A stretch of 64,000 nucleotides of DNA from NCBI GenBank assembly GCA_049970055.1, contig JBMFNR010000002.1:308406-372405 (forward strand), read 5' to 3'. The notes under the pieces were generated by a model. The model worked only from the letters and a program-made list of their open reading frames with translations. It searched no databases and was not told the origin of the DNA. The position numbers and the translations under genes are program-made. The stretch is from Fervidobacterium sp. Lineage in GTDB: Bacteria; Thermotogota; Thermotogae; Thermotogales; Fervidobacteriaceae. Positions 9,268 through 19,730 of this stretch are shown in pieces; within the stretch, counting starts at the first letter, position 1; every line of letters begins with the position of its first letter.

Positions 9268-9296
9268 AAGTAATGTTGAATTGGGTAAAATCTGTC

Positions 9297-10046
9297 TTAC
9301 AATATTCTCTTTAGAAATTCTCGTGTTCTTTGTTTTTGTGGGTTTTTCAAAATTTCTTCGGGGGTACCTTCTTCTTCGATTATGCCATTGCTTATAAAGA
9401 CGATCCTGTCAGCTACTTCTTTCGCAAATCCCATTTCGTGAGTAACTACAAGCATTGTCATTCCGCTGTTTGCCAGGTCTTTCATAACATCCAAGACTTC
9501 ACCAACGAGTTCTGGGTCAAGTGCGGAAGTAGGTTCGTCAAATAGCATGATTTCTGGGTCCATCATCAACGCTCTTGCTATGGCAACTCTCTGTTTTTGT
9601 CCACCGGATAGTTGTTCTGGATAAGCGTCTATTTTATCTATTAGTCCGACTTTGTTAAGAAGAAGCTTAGCTTTTTCGATGGCTTCCTTTTCGGGTACTT
9701 CTTTAACCTTCACTGGTGCGAGAATCAAATTTTGTAAAACATTCATATGTGGAAAAAGGTTGAATTGTTGAAAAACCATACCGATTCTTGTCCTCAGTTG
9801 GTTTATGTCGTACTCATCTATATCTTTTCCGTCTAAATATATTTTCCCGTCTTGATAGTGTTCAAGTTTGTTTATACATCTCAAAAGTGTACTTTTTCCT
9901 CCTCCACTTGGTCCTATAATTACTATTGTTTCTTGTTTTCTAACTTGCATGTTAATGCCTTTCAACACTTCCAGTTTCCCAAAACGTTTTACGAGATTTT
10001 CTATCTTAATAATTATTTCTTTTTCTTTTTGAGTTGTATCGTTCAT
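9297..10046 (-). CDS. Polar amino-acid ABC transporter ATP-binding protein (GlnQ-like)
   Basis: [45 protein letters not shown]. Confidence 0.95.
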   Translation of the reverse strand: MNDTTQKEKEIIIKIENLVKRFGKLEVLKGINMQVRKQETIVIIGPSGGGKSTLLRCINKLEHYQDGKIYLDGKDIDEYDINQLRTRIGMVFQQFNLFPHMNVLQNLILAPVKVKEVPEKEAIEKAKLLLNKVGLIDKIDAYPEQLSGGQKQRVAIARALMMDPEIMLFDEPTSALDPELVGEVLDVMKDLANSGMTMLVVTHEMGFAKEVADRIVFISNGIIEEEGTPEEILKNPQKQRTREFLKRIL

Positions 10047-10708
10047 GCTGTGGCCATCCTCCTTTCGATGAACCTAACTATTCTTGATATGACAAATGTC
10101 ATTATAAAGTATATGAACGCTATTCCAAAGTATATGGAGAAGGTTTGGAATGTGCGAGAGATAACAAACTGGCCACTTCTCATTAACTCAGAAACACCTA
10201 TAACGGAAGCAAGTGAGCTGTCTTTTGTTAAGGTAATAAATTCATTTCCAAGAGCTGGAAGGATGTTTCTAAATGCTTGTGGGAGGATAATATATCTCAT
10301 CGATTGCCAATGTGTTAGTCCCAAAGAGCGCGCAGCTTCGTATTGACCTTTTGGGATAGATTGTATCCCTGCTCTCACAATTTCCGCAATGTATGCACCA
10401 CTGTTTAAACCAAGGGCGGTGATAGCAGCTGGGTATGGTGGGAGTTGTATTCCAAGCTGCGGTAGTCCGAAGTAAACAATGGAGATCTGTACAAGTAATG
10501 GGGTACCTCTCAAAAATTCCACGTACGCTGTACATGGATAATTTACTATTTTTATCTTCGAAAGTCTTCCCATGCCGATAAATGTACCCAATATCAAGCC
10601 TATGCCCACGGAAAATGCTGTTAATTTGAGAGTTTCCCACGCTCCAAGTAGCAGAAACGGAAAGTTTTTGAATAATTCAGCCAACGCATCCACAATTTTC
10701 CCTCCCAC
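10043..10708 (-). CDS. Polar amino-acid ABC transporter permease
   Basis: [46 protein letters not shown]. Confidence 0.95.
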   Translation of the reverse strand: MGGKIVDALAELFKNFPFLLLGAWETLKLTAFSVGIGLILGTFIGMGRLSKIKIVNYPCTAYVEFLRGTPLLVQISIVYFGLPQLGIQLPPYPAAITALGLNSGAYIAEIVRAGIQSIPKGQYEAARSLGLTHWQSMRYIILPQAFRNILPALGNEFITLTKDSSLASVIGVSELMRSGQFVISRTFQTFSIYFGIAFIYFIMTFVISRIVRFIERRMATA

Positions 10709-10743
10709 CGTTTGAAAAGCTTGTGTTAACTTATTTTATTAAA

Positions 10744-10765
10744 TGCCCCCAGTCTCGTGGGGGCA
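10744..10765 (-). terminator. Stem-loop between binding-protein and permease genes (partial terminator or mRNA stabiliser)
   Basis: TGCCCCCA-gtctcg-TGGGGGCA. Confidence 0.6.
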
Positions 10766-10774
10766 AGGTAGTTA

Positions 10775-11524
10775 TTACTGAAACCATTTTTGTAGCAATT
10801 TATTGTATGTTCCTGTAGATTTCATGATATCCAATGTTTGGTTTACAAAGTTCAATAATTCTTTGTTATTCTTTTTTACCGCAATTCCATACGTTTCACC
10901 CGTATCGATTATAGAACTAATTAGAAATTTTGTAAATTTTTTCGTGTACGCCTTTGCGGGGGCCTCATCAAGAACCACAGCATCTACCCTGCCATTTTGA
11001 AGCTCAAGGAACGCATCTGTAAATTTCTGGAAACGAACAATATCAATTCCGTTGATTTCACTTACGACTAAATCACCTGTTGTACCGAGCTGGACCGCTA
11101 CCTTTTTCCCTATTAAATCTTCAAATTTTTTTGGTTCAAATTTTCCATCTTTTCTCACAACAATCGCTTGGTTGGCTTCAAAGTAAGGTTTTGAAAAATC
11201 GACGATTTTTGCACGTTCCTCGGTTATGGTCATTCCAGCAATGATCATGTCAATTTTACCTTGCTGGAGAGCGGGGATTAAGCTGTCGAATGGTAAACTG
11301 ACGATTTCAAGCTTAACGCCAAGTCTTTTCGCAAGTTCGTTTGCAATATCGATGTCAAAACCGACCACTTGGTTCTTCTCATCGACAAACTCAAATGGTG
11401 GAAAGGTCGGCTCGGTACCAATGATTAATTTGCCACGTTGTTTTATCTGTACAAGGGTCTGTGAAAATACAGTCGCCGATAACAAAATGGTGAGAGTAAT
11501 AACAGCTAGTAAAACTTTTTTCAT
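10775..11524 (-). CDS. Amino-acid ABC transporter substrate-binding protein (family 3)
   Basis: ATG 11524 after AAAGGAGGGG; signal peptide; GTEPTFPPFEF, GFDIDIA, MTITEER, VQLGTTG. Confidence 0.93.
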   Translation of the reverse strand: MKKVLLAVITLTILLSATVFSQTLVQIKQRGKLIIGTEPTFPPFEFVDEKNQVVGFDIDIANELAKRLGVKLEIVSLPFDSLIPALQQGKIDMIIAGMTITEERAKIVDFSKPYFEANQAIVVRKDGKFEPKKFEDLIGKKVAVQLGTTGDLVVSEINGIDIVRFQKFTDAFLELQNGRVDAVVLDEAPAKAYTKKFTKFLISSIIDTGETYGIAVKKNNKELLNFVNQTLDIMKSTGTYNKLLQKWFQ

Positions 11525-11574
11525 ATCAACCCCTCCTTTAAAATTGTGTAGGTTGCTATGATTATTATAAAAGT

Positions 11575-11610
11575 AAATGAGACTGTCCGAACATTCGAAC
11601 AGTCTCATTT
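11575..11610 (-). terminator. Long hairpin/terminator after the 256-aa gene
   Basis: AAATGAGACTGT..CGAA/TTCG..ACAGTCTCATTT; the one mismatch is a G-U pair on the minus-strand RNA. Confidence 0.7.
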
Positions 11611-11621
11611 TGGGATTTATA

Positions 11622-12392
11622 TTAAAATTGTACAGAAGCTTTCCATATGAATTTTGAATTTCCAAAATCGTACAACGCAATGGCGTTTGCAAAATTGAGT
11701 GCTAATCCAATTCCTGTTTTCCAATTTCCATCGAAGTTCTGAGCTGCGTATACATAAATCATATCGGCGGGAATCGCTAACTCAAAGGCGTATTTGAAAT
11801 TCCCATTCATAATCTCTGAAAGTTTTCCACTGTAGAAACCGAATAAGAAGTATCCAACATCTTGTGACTCTATAACAAGATTCACTTGTGCATTTGTCCA
11901 ATCGAAATTTTCGTTTATCTTGAATTGTCCACCTTCTTTTACAATTAAATCGTTTGGTATGTAAGAAAGTTCAAAACGAGACCAGGAGTAAAATAAGATA
12001 TTCGTTTTTTGCATACCCAGCAAACCGAACGCGACCTTTGGTTGTGCATAAGATGAAATGTCTGAAATCGACGAAAGACTTGTGGTGGTTGCCGTAACCG
12101 AGGCAAAAAATCCTCCAAATCTGATTCCCAAACCCAAGTAGACTTCATTGTCCAATGGGAATCCGGGGTACTGGGAGTAAGTACCCATCGATAGATTAAT
12201 ACCTGCAAGTTCAAAGTGGCCTTCCAACGCAATATCGAAAGTTCCTTCCGTTGTTGCTGGCATAAGTGATACCCTTGCATAATAAGGTTGACCTACTACA
12301 CCGTTCGGAGTTTTCACATTCAACAGATCAAGAGATGTTGAGAAAGCCAAAGTGGCAAACAAAACAACGAGCATCCAAAATAATTTTTTCAT
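11622..12392 (-). CDS. Hypothetical secreted protein, probable outer-membrane beta-barrel
   Basis: Signal peptide, amphipathic strands, C-terminal WKASVQF (terminal Phe). Confidence 0.55.
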   Translation of the reverse strand: MKKLFWMLVVLFATLAFSTSLDLLNVKTPNGVVGQPYYARVSLMPATTEGTFDIALEGHFELAGINLSMGTYSQYPGFPLDNEVYLGLGIRFGGFFASVTATTTSLSSISDISSYAQPKVAFGLLGMQKTNILFYSWSRFELSYIPNDLIVKEGGQFKINENFDWTNAQVNLVIESQDVGYFLFGFYSGKLSEIMNGNFKYAFELAIPADMIYVYAAQNFDGNWKTGIGLALNFANAIALYDFGNSKFIWKASVQF

Positions 12393-12430
12393 ACTACCCT
12401 CACTCTCCTTTCACTCAAATATATTTGTGT

Positions 12431-14434
12431 TTATATTTTCTCAATCTGTGTCAGATCACCAATTTCCATAAAGAGGTTATCGATAGTTCTCAGAAATCCA
12501 AGTCTGTTCATTCTAAGGTCTTCGTTTTCACACATCACAAAAACTTTGTCAAAGTATTCATCTATATATGGTCTGAGCATTATGAGATGCTCAAGAGCAT
12601 TTGTGTAATCTAAGTGTTTAATGGCATCAAGAACCTGCGGTTTTATCTCAATGTATTTTTCAAAAAGCTTTTTCTCTGCTTCTTCAACAAATTTCTCAGA
12701 ATCAAAATAATCTATGACGTGCTTCTTTGATATATTGTGTACTCTCTCAAATCCAACAATTAGATGCTCAAATTCTTCTTTTCCAACAAGCCTATGAATG
12801 GCTTTTGCTGATAAGATCCCCCTTAGGGGCTTACTCCACAAGTGCTTTGTTGCTCTGGCTATGTCGTATCGAACTTTTGAGTTGTACAATTCAAATCTGT
12901 TTTCGAAAAATTCTGTAATGTTTTGTGGAATATCTTTTCCAAGTATTGCGCAAGTTTTTTTAATTAACGCGAAGATATCAAGGTCCCAATCGAATTTTTC
13001 AATTATCGCAAAAATATCGTCCGTTTTGCTTCTAAGTCCGTAGGGGTCTTTTGATCCACTTGGTATGTTCCCAATGATGAAGTTACCAACAATAGTGTCT
13101 ATTCTATCAGCTATTCCAACAACTGCACCTGCTATCGTCGTCGGGGTTGAGCTGTAGTGTTCTTCTATACCATACGCTACTTCTTCGTCTTCACCATCTT
13201 TCAGAGCGTATATCTTACCCATTATCCCTTGTAGTTCAGGAAATTCATACACCACGTGACTTCCTATATCGGATTTACATAAGCGAGCTACTTTTAATAT
13301 TTTATCACTTATCTTTTTTAGATCCAAAAGCTCCACCATTTCTCTTGAAAGTTCTTCAATTCTCAATACTTTGTCGTAAAGTGTGCCAAGCTCCTTCTGA
13401 AAGACAATTTCTTTCAATTTCTCATTGAATGATTCAAGTTTTTTGCTTACATCTTTTTCGTAGTAGTATCTTGCATCTTCAAGTCTTGCGTTTATTACTT
13501 TTTCGTAGCCTTTTTTAGCGTTGCCGTATTGATCATTTGGCATATCGATGAACGCAACAAAGTTATTCGTTATTTTGTCACCTTTGTGTACGGTGAAAGA
13601 TCTCTGATGATGTTTTATAGTCGTTCTAATTAGCTCTTCCGGTAGTTGTAAGAATTTCTCCAAAAATGTTCCGCTGATGAGCTTTGGATACTCCGCTAAT
13701 ATGGCTACTTCTTTGATCAGCTTTTCATCCTTATCGACAATGAAACCTGTTTTTTCGAACTCTTCGATTTGGTGTTTTATAAATTCTATCCTATCTTCAA
13801 GTTTTGGTATTACGTAGTATTGTTTCAACTTTTCAAAGTAATCCTGGGCGGAGTGAACTTGAAAGTATTCATCTTGAACAAATCTGTGGCCAACGGTTTT
13901 ATTTGATGATTTCAAATCGAATATCTCCATATCAACAACTTTATCGTTAAGTATGGCAAGCACGTGATGTGGTATTCTAACGAATTCATACTTTCCATCC
14001 GCCCATCTCATCGGCTTTCTGAATCTGAGCGATGTAATTATTTGAGGAATTACTTGCTTTAGGAAATCTCCTATTAGTTGACCTTTCTGAACTTTTGTTA
14101 TGTATACGTATTTTTCAACTATTTTGACATCTTCTATCGTTGAATCGTTCGATTTTAAAAACCCCATTAAAGCTTTTGTTGGCTGATTGTTTTCGTCAAA
14201 AGCAACACTTATAGATGGTCCCTTCTTTTCTATGGTTTTATCGGGGGTGTGGTTTGGAAGACCTTTCAATAGAAATCCGAACCTTCTTGGCGCAACGAAT
14301 GTTTCAAAAGTTTCATACGATATTTCTTCATTTAAAAGAGTACTTTTTATTTGTTCCGAAAGTTGTTCTAATAAACCGTCTATCTCGGTTGTTGGAAGTT
14401 CCTCGACGCCCATTTCAAAGAGGAATTCGTTCAT
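12431..14434 (-). CDS. glyS: Glycine--tRNA ligase beta subunit
   Basis: FLFEMGVEELP, PRRF, KPMRW, VYEFPELQGIMG, PSGSKDPYGLR. Confidence 0.97.
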   Translation of the reverse strand: MNEFLFEMGVEELPTTEIDGLLEQLSEQIKSTLLNEEISYETFETFVAPRRFGFLLKGLPNHTPDKTIEKKGPSISVAFDENNQPTKALMGFLKSNDSTIEDVKIVEKYVYITKVQKGQLIGDFLKQVIPQIITSLRFRKPMRWADGKYEFVRIPHHVLAILNDKVVDMEIFDLKSSNKTVGHRFVQDEYFQVHSAQDYFEKLKQYYVIPKLEDRIEFIKHQIEEFEKTGFIVDKDEKLIKEVAILAEYPKLISGTFLEKFLQLPEELIRTTIKHHQRSFTVHKGDKITNNFVAFIDMPNDQYGNAKKGYEKVINARLEDARYYYEKDVSKKLESFNEKLKEIVFQKELGTLYDKVLRIEELSREMVELLDLKKISDKILKVARLCKSDIGSHVVYEFPELQGIMGKIYALKDGEDEEVAYGIEEHYSSTPTTIAGAVVGIADRIDTIVGNFIIGNIPSGSKDPYGLRSKTDDIFAIIEKFDWDLDIFALIKKTCAILGKDIPQNITEFFENRFELYNSKVRYDIARATKHLWSKPLRGILSAKAIHRLVGKEEFEHLIVGFERVHNISKKHVIDYFDSEKFVEEAEKKLFEKYIEIKPQVLDAIKHLDYTNALEHLIMLRPYIDEYFDKVFVMCENEDLRMNRLGFLRTIDNLFMEIGDLTQIEKI

Positions 14435-15309
14435 TATTTATCACCTTCCTTTTGGTTCACTTCTTGCGCTTGTTGAGTTTCCAGAAACACCTTTGCGCAT
14501 TTGCTTGCCATAGTTCTTATATCCCTAATGTACGTCTGTCTCTGTGCAACACTTATGGCATTTCTTGCGTCAAGTAAGTTGAATGTATGAGAACATTTCA
14601 ATAGTTGCTCGTAAGCTGGAAAGATTAACCCTTTTTCCGAAAGTCTGTCAAACTCTCTTCTGTATATCTCATATAAGTTGAAAAGGGTTTCTACATCTGC
14701 TTCTTCAAAGTTATATATGGAAAATTGTCTTTCGTTTTCTTTGAAAAGTTCTCCGTATTTTACATCCTTGTTCCACATAACTTCGTAAACATTGTCTACA
14801 CCTTGCAAGTACATGGCAATTCTTTCGATACCGTATGTTATTTCAAGAGGTATTTCTTTTAAGGTAATTCCGCCAACTTGTTGGAAGTATGTGAACTGTG
14901 TTATTTCCATTCCATCGAGCCAGACTTCCCAACCAATTCCCCATGCACCAAGAGTTGGAGATTCCCAATTATCTTCAACGAAGCGTATGTCATGCTCTTT
15001 TGGATTTATTCCAAGTGCTCTAAGTGATTCAAGGTAAACTTCTTGAGAGTTCTTTGGATGTGGTTTCAAGATAACTTGGTATTGGTAGAACCTTTGCATT
15101 CTATTCGGGTTTTCAGCGTACCTTCCATCGGTTGGTCTTCTACTTGGTTGAACAAATGCAACATTCCAAGGCCTTTTTTTCAGAACGCCAAAGAAGGTTG
15201 ACGTGTGAAATGTTCCGGCACCCATTTCCATATCGTAGGGTTGCTCGATAAAACACCCATAATCTGCCCAAAATTCGTCAAGTGTACGCACAATATCCTG
15301 TAAATACAT
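14434..15309 (-). CDS. glyQ: Glycine--tRNA ligase alpha subunit
   Basis: [48 protein letters not shown]. Confidence 0.98.
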   Translation of the reverse strand: MYLQDIVRTLDEFWADYGCFIEQPYDMEMGAGTFHTSTFFGVLKKRPWNVAFVQPSRRPTDGRYAENPNRMQRFYQYQVILKPHPKNSQEVYLESLRALGINPKEHDIRFVEDNWESPTLGAWGIGWEVWLDGMEITQFTYFQQVGGITLKEIPLEITYGIERIAMYLQGVDNVYEVMWNKDVKYGELFKENERQFSIYNFEEADVETLFNLYEIYRREFDRLSEKGLIFPAYEQLLKCSHTFNLLDARNAISVAQRQTYIRDIRTMASKCAKVFLETQQAQEVNQKEGDK

Positions 15310-15334
15310 TGCTTTACCTCCTTTCGATTATTCT

Positions 15335-16222
15335 TTACTTAAATATCTTTTCAAGTACAACAGCCCATATTGGAAGAGTAAATAAGGAAAGCAAAGTTGT
15401 AACAGCCACTGTCATTCCTGCTTTTGCGGTGTCTTCTTTTTTAAATGTGTTTATCACTACAACACTGTTTACACCTATCGGCATCGCACATTCTAAAACG
15501 AAGGTTTTTGCTTCGAATGGTTCTAAAATTAACGCGAATAAAAGTAAGAATGATGGTACAACGATCAGTCTTTCAGCACTTAGTGCTAAGTAGTCTTTCA
15601 CATCGCCCCAGTCAAGTTCTATTCGTGAAATCGATAATCCAACTTGTAGAAGTAAGAATGGAATTGCCATGTCTCTAAGCCAAACGAAGGCGGTAAGTAT
15701 CCCACTTGGTAGTTGTTTGTACGATACACCAAGTAAACCAAGACTCCAACCTAATAGTATTGCATACAAGAATGGTAACTTTAGTGCGTTTTTAAATTCG
15801 ATCTTACCACGAATCATGCTTGGTAAGAATGTGCTACCGAAAAGCACATTAACAAACGAGTATACAACTCCCAAAGCAAGAGCTCTTTCCCCCCATAGCG
15901 CTAGCAATACGGGATATCCTAAATACCCAGAATTAACGTAAACATTGCCCGTGAAGAATATCTCTCTGTGGTTTTTATGGAACATTGAAATTAAGTACGA
16001 AATAAGAAACATAACTGCAAAACCAATTGAATATCTTATCAAAACATCTATATTTGGTATGTAATCATTAATGAAAGTGAAAGTCACGATAGGTGCCATC
16101 AACCAAGTAGCTATCTTGTTAAATATGTCTATATTCTGTGATTTAAAAATCATACCGTACAAAAAACCAACGAACATCATTATAAAAGATGGTAAAACAG
16201 CGTTAAAGCCCTCTCCAAGCAT
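15335..16222 (-). CDS. AEC (auxin efflux carrier) family transporter
   Basis: About 10 TM segments; NSGYLGYPV, CAMPIGVNSVV, TTLLSLFTLPIW. Confidence 0.85.
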   Translation of the reverse strand: MLGEGFNAVLPSFIMMFVGFLYGMIFKSQNIDIFNKIATWLMAPIVTFTFINDYIPNIDVLIRYSIGFAVMFLISYLISMFHKNHREIFFTGNVYVNSGYLGYPVLLALWGERALALGVVYSFVNVLFGSTFLPSMIRGKIEFKNALKLPFLYAILLGWSLGLLGVSYKQLPSGILTAFVWLRDMAIPFLLLQVGLSISRIELDWGDVKDYLALSAERLIVVPSFLLLFALILEPFEAKTFVLECAMPIGVNSVVVINTFKKEDTAKAGMTVAVTTLLSLFTLPIWAVVLEKIFK

Positions 16223-16241
16223 CGGAGTACCCCTTATCTTT

Positions 16242-17663
16242 TCAAAATTGGTATGAGATTGAAAGGTTAAGTGAAAGTGAGAAATACGGTGCGTTGTTAC
16301 CCTCTAATGGTCTCATTATAGGTTTTTTCACGTTGTCTGAATTAACTTCGACAAGTTCTGACTTATTCCATATGTATCCAAGTGATGAACTAACACTTGC
16401 TTTTATGAAATCAAAGAGTTCAAATGAATATTTCACGATACCTATAAGCCGTTTCTCTAATACTGGATCGTCGAGCAAATGCGTGCCTTCGACAAAAGTT
16501 GATGATTCGTTCCACGGGTTAATAGGTGACCTTTCACCGAGTACTACGTACTCGAGTGACGCATTAAGGTTTTTTATTTGCTTTGGTACGTAGTTAAATA
16601 GTAATGCTATGTTGTTTTCCCCGTACATGTAACCTGCGTAAAGCATTTCAAGAGGATAGATTATATTTTTTCCACTCACACTGTAAGTGAAATTGGTGAA
16701 GTAAGTGTAACCGTAGTATATTTTGTTTCCACTCTCGGAAGAAGGTTGGAAGGTGTACTTTGTAGCACCAGCGTTGTAAATCCCAAATTCTCCGTAAGCT
16801 GTTGAAAACTTGCCGCCAAAAGACCAGGCTAATTTGTCTGGATTTTGTGATCCATCCGGTTTAAGGAATCTATTCATATTTATGTCATCTACGAGTATTT
16901 GACCGTATATGTATTTTTCTTTGTCCAAGTATGATGAGTAAAACCCAATCATATAATTCGTTTCTCCTAGTCCCTCTGGATAAGGCCTTCCCGCTTTGTT
17001 TACGTATTGAACGAAAAAACCAGGTATCGGGTTTGCAAAATATTCAAAGTCGAAATTCTTTCCAACGTACACGTTAATCTCTTGATACCCGAATTGAAGA
17101 TTGTTGTTTTTGATCGCGTACACTTTGTAGTTTGCGCTTCTATACTTTTCGCTCTGGTTTTCTGTGCTAAGGATATTGTTTAATTCGATCCATCTTGTAA
17201 TGTAAATAAAGTTTTCACCTTCGTAACGATATTCAAGTGTGTTTCTCGGAACGTGTATTGTAGATATGAACAGCGGGTAAGGAGAAGATACCATGTCACC
17301 AAGGTTTGTTTTACCGAACGTGATTGTAAAGCTATTAACGCGCATTTTTACGTAAGCATCTTTTATCAAGAAGTAAAATCCAGCGTAGTAACCTTGCGAA
17401 AACGGGTCGTTGTACACTTTATCGTTCAAGGCAGAAAGGCTTGCCACAAAAGAGAAGTTTTCTGCAGTGTAACCAAGCATTGCATTCAGATTCAGAAACT
17501 GAATCGATAAATTGTTGTGGCTGTTGTACAAGCTAAATAAGTAATCACCAAAATTGTATGTGCCAGAAAGTATGAAATCTAACGAAAACAGCGTGACTGT
17601 AAAATTTATTATACTGATTACACAGATTAACAAAAATGTGTAGGTTATTCTTCCCTTCTCCAT
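16242..17663 (-). CDS. Probable outer-membrane beta-barrel protein (Wzi-like pattern)
   Basis: Signal peptide, Tyr/Gly-rich strands, YGQILVDD, C-terminal LNLSISYQF. Confidence 0.55.
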   Translation of the reverse strand: MEKGRITYTFLLICVISIINFTVTLFSLDFILSGTYNFGDYLFSLYNSHNNLSIQFLNLNAMLGYTAENFSFVASLSALNDKVYNDPFSQGYYAGFYFLIKDAYVKMRVNSFTITFGKTNLGDMVSSPYPLFISTIHVPRNTLEYRYEGENFIYITRWIELNNILSTENQSEKYRSANYKVYAIKNNNLQFGYQEINVYVGKNFDFEYFANPIPGFFVQYVNKAGRPYPEGLGETNYMIGFYSSYLDKEKYIYGQILVDDINMNRFLKPDGSQNPDKLAWSFGGKFSTAYGEFGIYNAGATKYTFQPSSESGNKIYYGYTYFTNFTYSVSGKNIIYPLEMLYAGYMYGENNIALLFNYVPKQIKNLNASLEYVVLGERSPINPWNESSTFVEGTHLLDDPVLEKRLIGIVKYSFELFDFIKASVSSSLGYIWNKSELVEVNSDNVKKPIMRPLEGNNAPYFSLSLNLSISYQF

Positions 17664-17872
17664 ATCACGTTCCCCTTGTGTGTGACAAGCTTAACATCCA
17701 GTGGGATTGCAACCCCAGCTTTAAATGCGTCAAGTATAATGTCTATCGGTAATGAGGTTTCAAACCATATCTCTTCGATTTTTACTTCTTCCCAACCTCT
17801 GTCTGCAAATCTTTGTATAACTTTTTCAACAGCTTTCCTGTACTTTTCAATATCCAGTTCGTATTTTCCCAT
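17645..17872 (-). CDS. Small hypothetical protein
   Basis: ATG 17872 after RBS GGAGGGGG; coupled to both neighbours. Confidence 0.6.
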   Translation of the reverse strand: MGKYELDIEKYRKAVEKVIQRFADRGWEEVKIEEIWFETSLPIDIILDAFKAGVAIPLDVKLVTHKGNVIWRREE

Positions 17873-17945
17873 TTGTTCCCCCTCCAAGCTCGATCGTAGT
17901 TTTGGTGGTATTTTTGCTTGAATTTCTGCCATGATATTGATTTTA

Positions 17946-18686
17946 TCATAATTTTATTGCTCTGCAAACACTTCGAATTTTGCTTTTCAGGTAAATTCCG
18001 TATTCTTCATTTTTAAGATCTGTTATGCTCACACACATGTCATGACCATTTGCATGGATAATTTTTTCATCACCAATGTATAACATAACGTGCCCTTCCA
18101 TAAAGAGAAGATCACCTGGATCAGGTTCTTCAACTTGAGGAAGGCTGGCTTCCTGTTGACTTGCATCTCTTGGAATGACTGTATCGAAAGCGTCGTAAAG
18201 TCTATTGACAAAACCGGAGCAATCGAAACCATACGAAGATGTTCCACCCCAAAGATATGGAATTCCTAAAAAGTCCATAGCTAAGCTTACTACGTTGTTT
18301 TTACTATCTTTGCCTTTGGAAGGATCATCCATAAGATAGTAGGTTTGTCCATTTGGCAAGTAAAATTGAGAGTTATTATCGGAATAAACCCTGCTACCAA
18401 AAGGTAACAGGTAATTTATCGCACCGTACGTTTTGCAGAATGGCGTTCGTATCTTAACAGGTGTGTAGATCGAAAAATCGGCATATTGTTTATCGGTGAG
18501 CATGAAGAGTGTATGTTTGTTTATATAGCCACAGTAATTTAATCTTATATCACAAGCGTAGACATAATCTTTTTCGAATTTAAAGACTTCAACAACCTCA
18601 CCAAAGACTATCTGGTGAATTCTTTCACTTCTAAATTTTTCTTGTGATCTCATATCTGTCACAGGATATTTAACAATTCCGTACAC
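17946..18686 (-). CDS. NlpC/P60 (C40) peptidase with N-terminal SH3-like domain (YkfC-like)
   Basis: LGIPYLWGGTSSYGFDCSGFV, IPRDASQQ, GHVMLYIG, IIHA; no signal peptide. Confidence 0.9.
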   Translation of the reverse strand: MYGIVKYPVTDMRSQEKFRSERIHQIVFGEVVEVFKFEKDYVYACDIRLNYCGYINKHTLFMLTDKQYADFSIYTPVKIRTPFCKTYGAINYLLPFGSRVYSDNNSQFYLPNGQTYYLMDDPSKGKDSKNNVVSLAMDFLGIPYLWGGTSSYGFDCSGFVNRLYDAFDTVIPRDASQQEASLPQVEEPDPGDLLFMEGHVMLYIGDEKIIHANGHDMCVSITDLKNEEYGIYLKSKIRSVCRAIKL

Positions 18687-18707
18687 GCAAACTCCCCCTT
18701 TTTTTCT

Positions 18708-18731
18708 ATTTTACCACAGAGATGGTATAAT
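18708..18731. promoter_or_regulatory. Back-to-back extended -10 promoters for the divergent NlpC and hydrolase genes
   Basis: TGGTATAAT on + (18723-18731) and TGGTAAAAT on - (18716-18708). Confidence 0.55.
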
Positions 18732-18767
18732 TAAGTTGAAAATCACTAGAGCGACCAGTGGGGGAAT

Positions 18768-19730
18768 TTGATGAATACTTTTAAGACGGTGAATACTTTG
18801 AAAAAGGAAAATACTCTGAAGAAAATTTTATTTCTTAAAATGATTTTTTACGCCCTCTCTCTTTTGCTTGCTTTTTATCACTTTTTGCTTTTCTTGGCAA
18901 TAATATTAATTGTGAACTTACCGCTGGTTAGGAAATCTATCTTCGGTAAGTTAGCGACGGACGAGGGCGAAGCATTATGGAAACATATTGAGTCAGAAAA
19001 ATATGATGGAAGAAATTATTTGGATATATATTACCCGGACACAGAGAAACTTAAAATTTCAAAGCCTAACGGTATAGTTGTTTTTGCACACGGTGGTGGA
19101 TGGATAAGTGGTTATAGAAGACAACCGAATAATGTTTCTTGGTACAGGTATCTTGTTAAAAATGGTTTTATCGTTGTAACGATAGATTACACGAGAGGGT
19201 ACACCGTAGGTATCGAGAAACTTGTTGAAGAGCTCTCTAATGCTGTGGAATTCATATCAAGAAAGTTCGAGAATGGAAAATACACGATATCACTTATGGG
19301 ACTGTCAGCTGGTGGGCATTTAGCTCTCTTAACGGCCTCACGTTATGCTTCAAAAATAGACAAAGTTGTGGCATATTATGCACCTTGTGATTTGATGGAT
19401 ATATGGGATTCACCATCGCTGTTTGCTAGGTTAGCAGCAGCTACTACATTAAAAAGGCTTCCAAGTAAATCAAAGGAAGTTTACGAGATATATTCACCGA
19501 TAAATAATGTTCACGATACCTATCCACCGACACTTCTTGTCCATGGATTAAGAGATACAGTAGTTCCATATATCTCTTCTGTTAAAATGTTTAAACGTTT
19601 GAGGGAAAAAGGCGTACCTGCGAAATTGCTTTTAAATCCAAGTGGTGATCATGGTTTTGAATTTGTACTTAGAGATGTTCGAACAATTGAGATATTGGAA
19701 AAAACTGTGGCATTCTTAATGAATCGGTAA
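18768..19730 (+). CDS. Membrane-anchored alpha/beta hydrolase (HSL-like esterase)
   Basis: HGGGW, GLSAGGHLA, HGLRDTVVP, GDHGF; N-terminal TM segment. Confidence 0.9.
   Translation: MMNTFKTVNTLKKENTLKKILFLKMIFYALSLLLAFYHFLLFLAIILIVNLPLVRKSIFGKLATDEGEALWKHIESEKYDGRNYLDIYYPDTEKLKISKPNGIVVFAHGGGWISGYRRQPNNVSWYRYLVKNGFIVVTIDYTRGYTVGIEKLVEELSNAVEFISRKFENGKYTISLMGLSAGGHLALLTASRYASKIDKVVAYYAPCDLMDIWDSPSLFARLAAATTLKRLPSKSKEVYEIYSPINNVHDTYPPTLLVHGLRDTVVPYISSVKMFKRLREKGVPAKLLLNPSGDHGFEFVLRDVRTIEILEKTVAFLMNR

Noticed and set aside
15310..15334. T-box leader for glyQS
   Set aside because: The intergenic gap is only about 25 bp
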